From contig JALVVK010000015.1 in assembly GCA_027023445.1 (NCBI GenBank), forward strand, positions 1-61,837: DNA of 61,837 nucleotides, given 5' to 3'. Shown here piece after piece: positions 10,262-20,543 of this stretch. The position numbers were made by a program, and so were the translations under genes. Under the pieces are notes generated by a model. That model was not told where the DNA came from. It ran no database searches and was given only the letters and a program-made list of their open reading frames with translations. This stretch comes from Deltaproteobacteria bacterium (GTDB taxonomy: Bacteria; Desulfobacterota; Dissulfuribacteria; Dissulfuribacterales; JALVPX01). Position 1 is the first letter of the stretch. Each line of letters begins with the position of its first letter.

Positions 10262-11332
10262 TTATTCGCCTCCGCCTCTGTTCCTTATGCCGGACAGCGT
10301 TTCCATACAGGCCTCAAAAACCTCTTCCACCCGGATATCCTTCATGCATTTAAAATCAGCGGAACAGGTCCTTTTCAAACAGGGGCTGCAGGGCAACTCA
10401 TGCCTTACCACCACGGCGTTACGGGACCAGGGGCCCGTTGTCACCGGATTGGTCGAGCCGAAAATGGCGACCAGCCTTGTTCCAAGGGCCGCTCCCACGT
10501 GCATCAGCCCGGAATCATTGGTAACAAGCAAGTCCAGACCGTCGATAAGGCCCATCACCTGTTCAAGGGATGTTTTCCCGGCAAAATTATGGACATACCT
10601 GTCAGAGAATTCGCATATTTTCGCCCCTGCCGCCCGCTCTCCGCCCGTGCCGAACACCAGAATATGGCAGTCAAGAGCCTCCCGCAATTTCAGGGCCAGG
10701 CGCGCGTATTTTTCAACAGGCCAGCACTTGGCAGGTCCATAGGCGGCTCCAGGGTTAAGCCCTACCAGCGGACGGCCGTCGCCCGATATTCCAGCATCCT
10801 CAAGAAGGCGGCGCGCCCCGGCCACACCGTTTTCCGGCACCCTTAAAAAAAGATCCGGAGGCCGGGTTCCCGCATTCACCCTCTCGGCGCCCGGAATCCT
10901 GTGTGACAGTTCTTCAATCAGATGGCAATAATAATGGACCTGATGCCTTTTCCCCTTGTCGGCCGGCACCTTCACTGGCATGTTTAAGAAAAACCGGCGC
11001 GCGTCTGTCCGATAGCCGGCACGAAGTGTTATTCGGGAAAGCCATGGAATAAGCGCGGAATCAAAGGAATTCGGGAACAGCACTGCCAGATGGAAGCCGT
11101 CCTTTCTCAGGCGGGACGCCAGAGCCAGACGATAACGCAGGCCTCCTTTCTCAAGAGGGATTATCCTGCTTACCGCGGGATTAGAGGCGAATACCGCCTG
11201 GACCCATGGCCTTGCCAGAACCGAAATATTGGCGTCAGGCAAGGCCCTTTTCAAAAGGCCAAGCGCGGGCGTGGTCATTATGGCGTCACCGATCCAGTTG
11301 GTGGATCTTAGCAGTATGCTCAGGGGCGGCAT
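10262..11332 (-). CDS. waaF: LPS heptosyltransferase II
   Basis: NWIGDAIM, LNPGAAYGPAKCWP, TNDSGLMH and FGST motifs. Confidence 0.94.
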   Translation of the reverse strand: MPPLSILLRSTNWIGDAIMTTPALGLLKRALPDANISVLARPWVQAVFASNPAVSRIIPLEKGGLRYRLALASRLRKDGFHLAVLFPNSFDSALIPWLSRITLRAGYRTDARRFFLNMPVKVPADKGKRHQVHYYCHLIEELSHRIPGAERVNAGTRPPDLFLRVPENGVAGARRLLEDAGISGDGRPLVGLNPGAAYGPAKCWPVEKYARLALKLREALDCHILVFGTGGERAAGAKICEFSDRYVHNFAGKTSLEQVMGLIDGLDLLVTNDSGLMHVGAALGTRLVAIFGSTNPVTTGPWSRNAVVVRHELPCSPCLKRTCSADFKCMKDIRVEEVFEACMETLSGIRNRGGGE

Positions 11333-11394
11333 GTGATAAAATATTTCCCTTTAAACCTGTTCAACCTGCCATAACGGCCGGGCGGAAAGACAAT

Positions 11395-11598
11395 ATGCAC
11401 GAAAAAGACCAGAAAATCCAGGAAAAATCAAATGATCCGGACACTGTACCGCTGACCGAGCTGAAAATCCAGATCAGGGATGACCTTTACAGGGCGTTCA
11501 GAAGGTGTGTCTGGATGATCATTCACGAAACGGGCCTTACCCAGATAGAGGTTCACAACATGCTAATAGAGGAACTTCTGAAACGGAAAAAATGCTGA
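11395..11598 (+). CDS. 67-aa protein with a ribbon-helix-helix-like pattern
   Basis: ATG at 11395; ELKIQIRDDLYRAF...TGLTQIEVHNMLIEELLK; stop overlaps the glnE ATG (ATGCTGA, 11592-11598). Confidence 0.6.
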   Translation: MHEKDQKIQEKSNDPDTVPLTELKIQIRDDLYRAFRRCVWMIIHETGLTQIEVHNMLIEELLKRKKC

Positions 11599-14456
11599 AT
11601 TTAACGGAACAGGCAAGAATGAGATGGGAAAATTTCACAGGATCCTGCCTGGCTTCTGGCGTTGAGGTTCCGGGGGATCCAGACTTTATCCGGGAGGCGG
11701 AAAAGGTGTTCCTGTCCAGCCGTTTTGTTTATTCATCCTGCATCAGAGATCCCGGGCTGATCATTGGCCTGCGCGAAAAGGGTCGCCTTTCCGGCAGCAT
11801 GTCCCCGGAAGGCTATAAAATCCTGGCAGAAACGGTGCTTTATGGCAACGCCAACCCGGATGATTTTAATTCAAGGCTCAGAAGGCTCAGAAAAAAGGAG
11901 ATGGTCAGGATCGCCTGGCGTGACATTACCGGCAGGGCCGGACTCAACGAAACCATGAGAGACCTCTCGCTTCTCGCGGAAGCCTGCCTTGCCGCAGCCC
12001 TTGACAGTCTTTACGCCTGGTGCGTGCGTGAGCTTGGCCATCCGGCCCTGCACGGGGGCAGCCCTCCAGGCCTGATAGTTATCGGCATGGGGAAACTGGG
12101 GGCGGGGGAACTTAACTTCTCTTCTGATATTGACGTGATGTTCGCCCACCCGGGGCAGGGCACCACCGCCGGCGCGTCAAGGGTCGTATCAAATGACGAA
12201 TTTTTCGCCCGGCTTGCCAGACGCCTGATCAGCGCCATCGGCTCAATCACGCCAGACGGCTTCGTGTTCAGGATGGATACAAGGCTTCGGCCTTTTGGAG
12301 AGGGAGGGCCGCTTGTCACGAGCACTCAGGCTGTGGAGGACTATTACGAACAGTTCGGCAGGGACTGGGAACGATACGCACTTATCAAGGCAAGGCCCGT
12401 GGCCGGAGACATTGAAGCGGGCAAACGCCTTATTGAACGCCTGCGCCCGTTTGTTTACAAGCGTTACCTTGATTACGAAATGTTTGACGCCTTAAGGTCC
12501 ATGAAGGCCATGATAGAGACGGAAATGGCTGACAAGGATCTTAAAAATCATATAAAACTCGGCCCAGGTGGAATAAGGGAAATCGAGTTCATCTGCCAGG
12601 CAATCCAACTCATCCAGGGCGGTCGCGTGCCGGAGCTGCAGGAGCCGGGCACATTGAAGACACTGAAGCTGCTTGAAGCCCTGGACCAGCTTCCGGGACA
12701 GGTATGCCAGGACCTGCGCAATGCTTACTGCTTCCTGAGGACCCTGGAGCACCGGCTTCAGGAATATGATGACCAGCAGACCCATAACCTGCCCACGGAT
12801 CCATTTGAGAGACAGTGCGTGGCGTTGTCCATGGGATACCCGTCATACGAAGAGCTTTACCGATGCCTGGAAAGCCATAGAAGCCTTGTGCACACCCATT
12901 TTTCCGGGCTGCTTGCCCCTGGAAACAAAAAACACGGGGCTGCCGCGCACGGCCCCGGCGTATTCCCGTGGCAGAATGGAGAAAGCGCGGATGTCAGGGC
13001 GCAGAGGCTCAGGGAGATGGGATTCAGAGATCCTGAACAGGCACTGTCCCTCATTATGGCCCTGACACGCGGCAAGACCTCCTGCGCGCGCCGTGGCCCG
13101 GAACGCCTGAATCTTCTGATCCCTTCCCTGGTAAGGGAATCAGCTGCGACTGCCGACCCTGACACGGCCCTTTCCAGGGTAATCAAGGTGGTCGAGTCCA
13201 TAGGGAGACGACCCTGCTATCTTTCCCTGCTGACAGAAAACCCAGGGGTATTATCCCACCTGGCCAGTCTATGCCAGCAGAGTGCCTGGGTGACTGACAT
13301 GCTGGCCAGGCACCCCATACTCCTTGACGAGTTGCTTCATCCTGAGGCCCTTTATTCTCCCGTGGACAAAAAGGGTCTTGAAACGGAACTCAAGGGGATA
13401 ATTTCCAGGGTTCCGCCAGAGGACCTGGAACTGGCAATGGATGAGCTCAGAAGGTTCCGTCAGGCGAACATGCTGCGGGTGGCCGCTGCCGACCTTTCCG
13501 GGGCGCTGGATGTAAGTCAGGTGGGTGAGCGTCTCACGTATCTTGCCGAAATCATTATTAATGAGGTTATTTGTCTTTCGTGGGCACACATGCTGAGGCG
13601 CCACGGCATGCCCGACACGGACCTGCCATGCGACGGTCAGGACATCTGCGGCATAACGGTAATAGGATACGGCAAACTTGGCGGTGCCGAGATGGGATAC
13701 GGATCTGACCTGGACATGGTATTTCTCCATGCGGCATCTCCCGGAGGAATGACCAGTGGGCCGCGTTTTGTTGACGCATCAGTTGTTTATTCCAGGTTGG
13801 TGCAGAGGATGATACACATATTCACAGCACATACTTCTGCCGGGGTTCTTTATCCTGTGGACATGAGGCTTCGTCCTGATGGGGCTTCGGGGGTGCTCGT
13901 TACGGGTTTCAGGGCCTTTTCTGATTACCAGAATAATAAGGCCTGGATGTGGGAGCACTAGGCCCTGGTCCGGGCGCGGGCCCTTTGCGGGGACAGTAAT
14001 CTTGCAGCAGGCTTTCAGGGCCTGAGGGACAGGCTGCTCCGTAAAAAGAGAGACCGTGACGCGTTGACAGGAGAAATTTCCCGTATGAGATGCAGGATAA
14101 CGGAACAGGCGCTCAAGAAGGAAAACAGGGCGTTTGACCTGAAGAGGCATCCGGGCGGGCTTGTAGACATTGAATTTTTCGTTCAGATGACCGTGCTCTT
14201 AAACGCAAACCGATACCCGGAGCTTACGGCACACACAAACGCCCTTGACCTTCTTGCGATATTCAGACAAAAAAAATTGATGGAAACTGAAGAGGTCATG
14301 ATTCTTGAGAAGGCATACAAGACTTTTATGGCCGCCATAAACAGGCTTCTCCTGGACCAGAGGCCGCCTGTTTCCGATGATTCGCACCTTAAGGAATTAC
14401 GCGGGAAGGTCTTGAAAATATGGGAAAAGAATGTTCGACAGGGAAAGAGTTCATAA
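11592..14456 (+). pseudogene. glnE: Glutamine synthetase adenylyltransferase/adenylyl-removing enzyme with an internal TAG at 13959-13961
   Basis: GMGKLGAGELNFSSDID, DTRLRPFG, IKLGPGGIREIEF, GYGKLGGAEMGYGSDLD and DMRLRPDG; WEH*ALVRAR then in-frame FDLKRHPGGLVDIEF to TAA 14456 (954 codons). Confidence 0.9.
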
Positions 14457-15502
14457 TGAGCCGTACATCTGGGAATGACAGTATTCTCCCCCGTCTGAGA
14501 TCAGAGAGATCCGGCAGGGCGTTGCTGGCTTTCTTCCTGTGCGCCATGTTTTTCCTCTGCCTGTTCTGTTCCTGCTCCGGACAACGGGAAGAGAGGCAAG
14601 GTCCCATGGTGTACAGGCTCAAGTGGTTTTATAACGCCAGTGTCGCCGGCGATATATGGGCGGATGAAACCGGAATATTCCGATCTTTCGGTCTTAATGT
14701 GAAGATAAAGGAAGGCGGCCCGGGACAGGATGCCATAAAGGATGTTGAGCTTCAGAGGGCATGGTTTGGCGTGGCGTCAGCCGACCAGGTGATCAGGGCC
14801 GTTGCCAGGGGGGCTGATATCGTGGTCCTGGCCCAGATCTTTCAGGTAAACCCGCTGCAGTGGATATACCGGGCGAATAATATCTTAATAAAGACGCCTC
14901 GGGATCTTGAGGGGCTGCGTATAGGCATCACCTATGGCGGTAACGACGAGGCCATCTTTAACGCCCTTGCCCACAAATACGGCCTTCCGGTGGACCGGAT
15001 GAATCTTTATGCCGTGCACTATGATTTTACCCCGTTCTGGCTGGGCAAGGCGGATTTGTGGCCTGTTTACCGCAATACCCAGGGCATAATACTGTCTGAA
15101 AAACTGAAAAAGGAAGGATGCCTGCCCGGTTTTTTCAACCCGAACCAATTCGGCATCCGTTTTGTAGCCAATTCCCTGATTACATCCAGACGTCTCCTGA
15201 AGGAACATCCGGAGACGGTGCGTCGCTTTACAAAGGCCGTTTTAAAAGGCTGGTCCGAGGCAATGGACCCTCACATGGAAGATAAGGCCTGTAGGCTGAT
15301 ACAAAAGAAACAGCCGGATTACTCGCTCCAGGTCCTCAGAAAACAGGTCAGGGCCACAAGGGAAATGGTTGTTCCTTCAAGGGGCAAAATCGGGGAAATA
15401 AATCGGGAGGCATGGAAACAGACCGCCCGGATCATGCTCCGTCAGAAACTGATAGAACATCCGGTGAACGTGGACCTGCTGTTCGCACCACAGACAGAAT
15501 AG
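14456..15502 (+). CDS. NMT1/THI5-like ABC substrate-binding protein, probable lipoprotein
   Basis: Hydrophobic stretch ending LFCSC; RLKW, GLNVKIKEGG, IKTPRDLEGLRIG and RRFTKAVLKGW; TAATG coupling to glnE. Confidence 0.82.
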   Translation: MSRTSGNDSILPRLRSERSGRALLAFFLCAMFFLCLFCSCSGQREERQGPMVYRLKWFYNASVAGDIWADETGIFRSFGLNVKIKEGGPGQDAIKDVELQRAWFGVASADQVIRAVARGADIVVLAQIFQVNPLQWIYRANNILIKTPRDLEGLRIGITYGGNDEAIFNALAHKYGLPVDRMNLYAVHYDFTPFWLGKADLWPVYRNTQGIILSEKLKKEGCLPGFFNPNQFGIRFVANSLITSRRLLKEHPETVRRFTKAVLKGWSEAMDPHMEDKACRLIQKKQPDYSLQVLRKQVRATREMVVPSRGKIGEINREAWKQTARIMLRQKLIEHPVNVDLLFAPQTE

Positions 15503-15544
15503 GTTAACGGTGCAGGGTATGAGGTACACGGTAGGAAGCGGAAC

Positions 15545-15577
15545 AAAAAAGGGGAAGCCTTAATGAGGCTTCCCCTT
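15545..15577 (-). terminator. Intrinsic terminator between convergent genes
   Basis: 12-bp stem AAGGGGAAGCCT/AGGCTTCCCCTT, 5-nt loop, U-tract on the minus strand. Confidence 0.85.
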
Positions 15578-15622
15578 GAATATTCCACGTCAGGCACCAG
15601 GCCTGTCGGAATGCAGCGGGCC

Positions 15623-16348
15623 TCAGGCCCAGATTTCCACCTTTCCGGTATGCAGCGAGTAGTAACCGCCTACTACCTTGAGTTTTCCGTGATCCGCCAT
15701 CTTTTTCAGTTCTTTGCTCTGAAGCGTCTTGTCAATCATCATCCTGACATTTTCCCTGACAGCGGCCTCCACGAGGTCCTTGCCACTGGCGCCTGTTTGC
15801 GCCTTGGCCGCTTTTACGGCCGGCATGAGCAGTTCGACAATCTTCTCAATGCTCGGTGTCTCCTTGCCCCCTGGATGTTCAAAGGCATTGACAGCCGCCC
15901 CCACGGCACCACATGATTCATGGCCAAGGACCAGGATCAGGCGGCTGGTTGAGTGCAGGGACGCGTATTCTATGCTGCCCAGAGATACGTCATCGACCAC
16001 GTTGCCCGCGTTGCGCACGATAAAGAGCCGCCCAAGGCCCTCGTCAAAAATTATTTCGGGCGGCACTCTGGAATCTGAGCAGCTGAGTATAGTGGCGTAA
16101 GGCCACTGGCCCTTGGTAAGAGGCATCCTGGCGGCAGGGCCCACACCCGGATCAGAGAGCCTGCGCATCGTTGCGTAACGCTCATTGCCCTTGCGCAGAA
16201 GTGAAATGGCCTCATCAGGGGACACCAGCTTGTGTCCACCATGGCCATGGCCTGAAGATGCTCGGACGGGCGCGATCTCTCCCCTGGAAAGCGCCACGGC
16301 AGCCGCGCTTGCGGCTAACCCCTTCAAAAAAGTTCTACGGGAAACCAT
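15623..16348 (-). CDS. Beta-class carbonic anhydrase with a Tat signal peptide
   Basis: SRRTFLK twin-arginine motif; CSDSRV, RNAGN, GSIEY and GHESCGAV zinc-site motifs. Confidence 0.93.
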   Translation of the reverse strand: MVSRRTFLKGLAASAAAVALSRGEIAPVRASSGHGHGGHKLVSPDEAISLLRKGNERYATMRRLSDPGVGPAARMPLTKGQWPYATILSCSDSRVPPEIIFDEGLGRLFIVRNAGNVVDDVSLGSIEYASLHSTSRLILVLGHESCGAVGAAVNAFEHPGGKETPSIEKIVELLMPAVKAAKAQTGASGKDLVEAAVRENVRMMIDKTLQSKELKKMADHGKLKVVGGYYSLHTGKVEIWA

Positions 16349-16604
16349 TTTATACCTCCTCTCTCCTGAGTGATTGTTTGACGGTCGGAAACAATACGAT
16401 ATCTCTGCCTCCGCGCGCTATCCGTTCCCATGCGGATAACACGGGCATCCTGCCCCGATCACCTGGTTAAAAAACGTATAAAAATACGGGGCGGCGAAAA
16501 CGCAATGTTATTGTCAACCGTCAATATTCGGGAATTAGCAGTTTGAGAGGCACATGTCAAGCAAATGGAAAAAATATTTTTTAACCTTTTCTTCGGAAAA
16601 TAGA

Positions 16605-17675
16605 CTATGAGATGCCGGATACAGGAAGAACTTCCTGCTTCAACATGCAACAGGCTATCCTGTTTCTGGGATTGCCATGCTCGTCGTATGTTATATTTCC
16701 TGGGTGGAGGATCTTGTTCAGTACGCAGCCCTCGGGAATTTTGAGGTCAAAGAGATCGCATTCCCGGATCGGGGGCCTGGGACATATTGTCCCCTCCCTG
16801 ATCTCAAGCGAATGTACGGGGTAATCCTCGCATAGCGGACAGCGGTATATCCTGCCGTTGGGAAAGACGAAATAATTGTCGGCCACCAGCCCGGCACAGG
16901 CGAACTCCTCCGAGCTGTCCAGAAAAACCTTTGGGTAGGTGACGTGAATGCCTCTCTGCGCGGCCTGATCCGCCACCCTGGGCACCACGCCTGTCCATTC
17001 GGAATGGTGAAGCTGAAGAGAATCCCCCCGTGACCGTGCCGATTTACCGCGAATCCCTATAACCTGGATAAAAAAGCGCCTTACTCCAAGGTTCTCCAGA
17101 AGTGGCGGCATGTTTACAAGATCATGTATATTCATGCGGCTCGCGGTAAAGATCACGCTTACCCCGAATCCCCTTGACATGGCCTTTTTGATACCGGAGA
17201 CACATGTTTCAAAAACGCCCTCGCCCCTGATGGGATCGTTGACCTCCGGGGTTGAACCATCCAGGCTGAAGCTGAAATAGTCCACATCTGACGGACTGAC
17301 CTTCTCCAGGATATTGTGATGAAGATAGCCATTGGTATCCACTGTGATGGACTTATAGCCAAGTTTCCTTGCCCTTTGAACCCCGTGTGGAAGCGCAGGA
17401 TTCAACGTGGGTTCTCCGCCAAGGAAGATTACGTTTGTCTCATCCGGGCCCGCGGTGTAGTTCCCGGCCACTCCAAGATCCTTCAGGTTGGGCGCGCAGA
17501 AAAGCTCAAGCCATTCTTCAATAGTGGAGCGATCCAGTATCTTTTTCCCGTGCTGCTCCGGATTGATATAGCAGTGCCTGCAGCTCAGGTTGCACTGCGT
17601 CAATATATGGAAAAACAGATTGCGTTTATTGGGGCTGAACTGAACAGTGCGTCTTTTGGTTTTCATTTCCGTCAC
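16605..17675 (-). CDS. Radical SAM protein with a Cys-rich C-terminus
   Basis: CNLSCRHC (CxxxCxxC), GGEP, TNG and SLDG; C-terminal CAG..CPLC..C..C..CC. Confidence 0.9.
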   Translation of the reverse strand: MTEMKTKRRTVQFSPNKRNLFFHILTQCNLSCRHCYINPEQHGKKILDRSTIEEWLELFCAPNLKDLGVAGNYTAGPDETNVIFLGGEPTLNPALPHGVQRARKLGYKSITVDTNGYLHHNILEKVSPSDVDYFSFSLDGSTPEVNDPIRGEGVFETCVSGIKKAMSRGFGVSVIFTASRMNIHDLVNMPPLLENLGVRRFFIQVIGIRGKSARSRGDSLQLHHSEWTGVVPRVADQAAQRGIHVTYPKVFLDSSEEFACAGLVADNYFVFPNGRIYRCPLCEDYPVHSLEIREGTICPRPPIRECDLFDLKIPEGCVLNKILHPGNITYDEHGNPRNRIACCMLKQEVLPVSGIS

Positions 17676-17678
17676 GTG

Positions 17679-18233
17679 TCATTTAACCTCAAGGGTATAT
17701 CGGGCCAGCAGGCTGTCCCGCCAGTAACCGTTCGCCTCATCTGAAAAAAATTTCTTGAACAGGGAAAGGCTTTCATGTCTTCTGACCCCGGACACTATCT
17801 CAATGCCGCCGCCATTGTAAAGAAAATGCCTTTGGGCAGTGGAACGCCATTTCCCGGATCTGGCTGCGCCGGACAGGGGATCTGAGAGATCCAGGCCTGT
17901 GGCGCCGCCCATTATGTCTTCGTAGGCATAGACGATTTTTCGAACGCCGTGAAGCACCAGGGCGCCAAAGCACATCAGGCAGGGTTCAAGGGTCGTGTAT
18001 GCTACAAGTTCCTGGCTCTCAGGCCCTCCCCTTGATAACCAGTCCCTTATCGCGAGGATCTCCGCATGATCAAGTTCGTTTCTCTCGTGATAAATGGTAT
18101 GGACCCTGCTGCCACGGCCCACTATCTTGTCTCCTGAAACCAGAACGCAGCCAACAGGGAATTCCCCCTTGTCAAGGGCCGAGGACGCCAGTTCCAGGGC
18201 ATTATCCATGAATATTTGATGTCTGTTTTCCAT
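17679..18233 (-). CDS. Zn-dependent nucleoside deaminase (TadA/CMP-dCMP family)
   Basis: GEFPVGCV, HAE and TLEPCLMC motifs. Confidence 0.9.
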   Translation of the reverse strand: MENRHQIFMDNALELASSALDKGEFPVGCVLVSGDKIVGRGSRVHTIYHERNELDHAEILAIRDWLSRGGPESQELVAYTTLEPCLMCFGALVLHGVRKIVYAYEDIMGGATGLDLSDPLSGAARSGKWRSTAQRHFLYNGGGIEIVSGVRRHESLSLFKKFFSDEANGYWRDSLLARYTLEVK

Positions 18234-18798
18234 ATATGCCTCTTGAAAATAATGACTTCAGATATTCCTCGGCCACAAAGGCGACGTCCGCCTCACGGGC
18301 GATCTTCCCGTGCAGGATTTTAAGTCCCTGTGGCGGGATCTTCTGTTCAAGACGCCTGCAGATGTAATTTATACAGATGACATGTCTGGCCGGAATGGTG
18401 CAGCCCTGCTCGCCCAGAAACCAGCATCCCCCAGGCTCCTGCCTTCTGTCTGGAAGGCTTGCACCCAAAAGCAGGTTTATCAGCAGAAGCGCCGTGTCAA
18501 ACCTGTTTTCAATGCCGGCCCCGCAGCAACTTCCGCCATCATTTACCGCGCACTCCGTGCACTCGGCCGTAACTCCAATCTGACGCATGACATCCCAGGT
18601 TTCCTGGGCGGCCCTCCGGTATTCCTCAAGGCGGCGGACCAGGCCGGAATCTGACAGTAGCGTGCCGCCACAGTCTTCATACAGGGACTTCGCCCAACGG
18701 ATTTTTTCTTCAATGGAATGATCCGTGCCGATTGGCAGCACGTATCGTATATCAGTTGTGTTTTTGTGTCTGAATTTTGTCAAATTGGCCTTGCGCAT
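18202..18798 (-). CDS. Cysteine-cluster protein, YkgJ-like
   Basis: CTEC..GSCC...CWFL...GC....ICINYIC; overlaps the deaminase start. Confidence 0.7.
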   Translation of the reverse strand: MRKANLTKFRHKNTTDIRYVLPIGTDHSIEEKIRWAKSLYEDCGGTLLSDSGLVRRLEEYRRAAQETWDVMRQIGVTAECTECAVNDGGSCCGAGIENRFDTALLLINLLLGASLPDRRQEPGGCWFLGEQGCTIPARHVICINYICRRLEQKIPPQGLKILHGKIAREADVAFVAEEYLKSLFSRGIYGKQTSNIHG

Positions 18799-18881
18799 GG
18801 CGGATACCTAAACATCACATGTCAAAAAGGGCAACAGGGCCGGGAAGGTTCCTGGGTTTACCCACGCAAGTTTACGATAAA

Positions 18882-19136
18882 CCCGGATTATGCAGCCCGC
18901 AAGTTTGCCTAAGATGCAAGGCGAAGGGCACATAGACGTATTTGTGTACTTCAACTACCTGATAACGCAGCAGATTCGGTAAATTTGTGAGCCCCTTGAG
19001 GCTTCAAGCGCCTGAGATGTAATACTGGAGGAAACCACACCTTTTAGGTGAACAAAATGTCTGGCTGAATTGCGGCTAACTCTTTGATTGTTCGACCAAA
19101 ATCATTTTCTCAGGCATTTGAAGTGCATAACCCGGG
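18882..19136. mobile_element. 255-bp MITE-like element, same family as 1415-1570, inverted
   Basis: CCCGGATTATGCA...TGCATAACCCGGG flanked by ATAAA at 18877-18881 and 19137-19141. Confidence 0.88.
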
Positions 19137-19289
19137 ATAAAAGGCAACGGAGGTAAGTTTTGAATCATGCGTTTCACGCTTTTTGACCAAAAGAATCCCG
19201 TAAAAATGGTCATGAATGGCTTTAATAAATTGTCAAATTGCCTGGTTATCTGGTATCTTGTACGGGTACAGTGATTCTGGATCGATTTT

Positions 19290-19469
19290 TCCGTGAAAAT
19301 ATATGAGATTTTGAATGCCAGGTGTTGAATGTTGAGGTAGGTTGGCAGTAATAACTTATTGAAGTTAATAAATAATATTTGTCGCAATTCATTTATTACA
19401 ATTCATGATTCAATATTCACGGTTCAACCATTTCATGCCTATGAGCGCGAAGTACCGTTAGGCATGAGA
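19290..19469. repeat. REP-like repeat, degenerate copy
   Basis: CCGTGAAAAT left end, heptamer runs, ATATTCACGGT, then TTTCATGC..GCGCGAAGTACC..GGCATGAGA hairpin. Confidence 0.7.
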
Positions 19470-19488
19470 GTTGGGGAAGGAGTGTGTC

Positions 19489-20538
19489 GTGTATCAGAAA
19501 GATCCTTACGCTCAGGCAGGCGTGGATATAGACAAGGCCAACAGTTTGGTGGAAAAAATCAAGCCCCTGGTTTCATCCACCTTCAGACGTGGCGTTCTTG
19601 CGGGGATAGGCGGATTCTCGGGCATGTTCGCCCTTGATCCCGAACCTTATAAAGAACCTGTTCTGATCAGCTCCACGGATGGCGTAGGGACGAAAATCAA
19701 GCTTGCGATAATGACAGGTGTGCACAATACCATTGGGATAGATCTCGTTGCCATGTGTGTTAACGATATATTGGTTTCAGGTGCCAAGCCACTGTTTTTT
19801 TTAGATTATTTTGCAACGGGCAAGTTGTCCCCTGACGTGGGAGAGGCAGTGATACAAGGGATTGTGGATGGATGTAAGCAGTCGAAATGCTCCCTGATAG
19901 GCGGAGAAACAGCTGAAATGCCCGGCATGTACGCGGACGGAGAATATGATCTTGCCGGTTTCGTCGTGGGGGTGGCGGACAGGGCAAAAATTATTGACGG
20001 TTCGGAGATTGGGGTCGGGCAGGTTATCATAGGGCTTGCCTCAAGCGGCCTGCATAGTAACGGATTTTCCTTGGTAAGAAAAATAATCTTCGAGCAATTG
20101 GGGCTTGCCCCTGGAGACAGGGTGCAGGAGTTTGGAGACAGGACAATAGGCGAGGTGCTTTTAACGCCCACGAAAATATACGCCAACACCCTGGGCAACC
20201 TGCTTAAACAATATAAGATAAACGGGATGGCGCACATTACGGGCGGTGGCTTTTATGACAACATACCGAGGATTCTGCCTCACGGATGCAAGGCAGTCAT
20301 AAAAAAGAACACCTGGCAGATGCCCCCAATCTTCAACTTTCTTCAGGATAAGGGAGGCATTGAAGAGGACGAGATGTACAGGATTTTCAACTGCGGAATA
20401 GGCATGGTTCTGGTGGTTCCCGAATCCCAGGTAAATGATGTGCTTCTCCAGGCAAAGGCGCTTGATGAACATGCCTATATCATCGGTCGCATAGAATCCA
20501 GAAAAGGCTCGGAACCCGCCGTTGTGTTCAATTCCTGA
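19489..20538 (+). CDS. purM: Phosphoribosylformylglycinamidine cyclo-ligase
   Basis: YAQAGVDID, STDGVGTK, DLVAMCVND, GGETAEMPG, SSGLHSNG and HITGGG motifs. Confidence 0.97.
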   Translation: MYQKDPYAQAGVDIDKANSLVEKIKPLVSSTFRRGVLAGIGGFSGMFALDPEPYKEPVLISSTDGVGTKIKLAIMTGVHNTIGIDLVAMCVNDILVSGAKPLFFLDYFATGKLSPDVGEAVIQGIVDGCKQSKCSLIGGETAEMPGMYADGEYDLAGFVVGVADRAKIIDGSEIGVGQVIIGLASSGLHSNGFSLVRKIIFEQLGLAPGDRVQEFGDRTIGEVLLTPTKIYANTLGNLLKQYKINGMAHITGGGFYDNIPRILPHGCKAVIKKNTWQMPPIFNFLQDKGGIEEDEMYRIFNCGIGMVLVVPESQVNDVLLQAKALDEHAYIIGRIESRKGSEPAVVFNS

Positions 20539-20543
20539 GATCC

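Noticed and set aside
13959-13961. Genome-wide TAG-to-Gln recoding as the explanation for the glnE amber codon
   Set aside because: TAG ends other genes at their expected C-termini (dapB 33809, gmk 4652, kinase 27847), so it is a normal stop here
14064-14456. Separate 130-aa gene
   Set aside because: In frame with glnE and encodes its C-terminal motifs
19076-19387. 103-aa minus-strand ORF
   Set aside because: Spans the MITE end and an AT-rich repeat; no protein-like features
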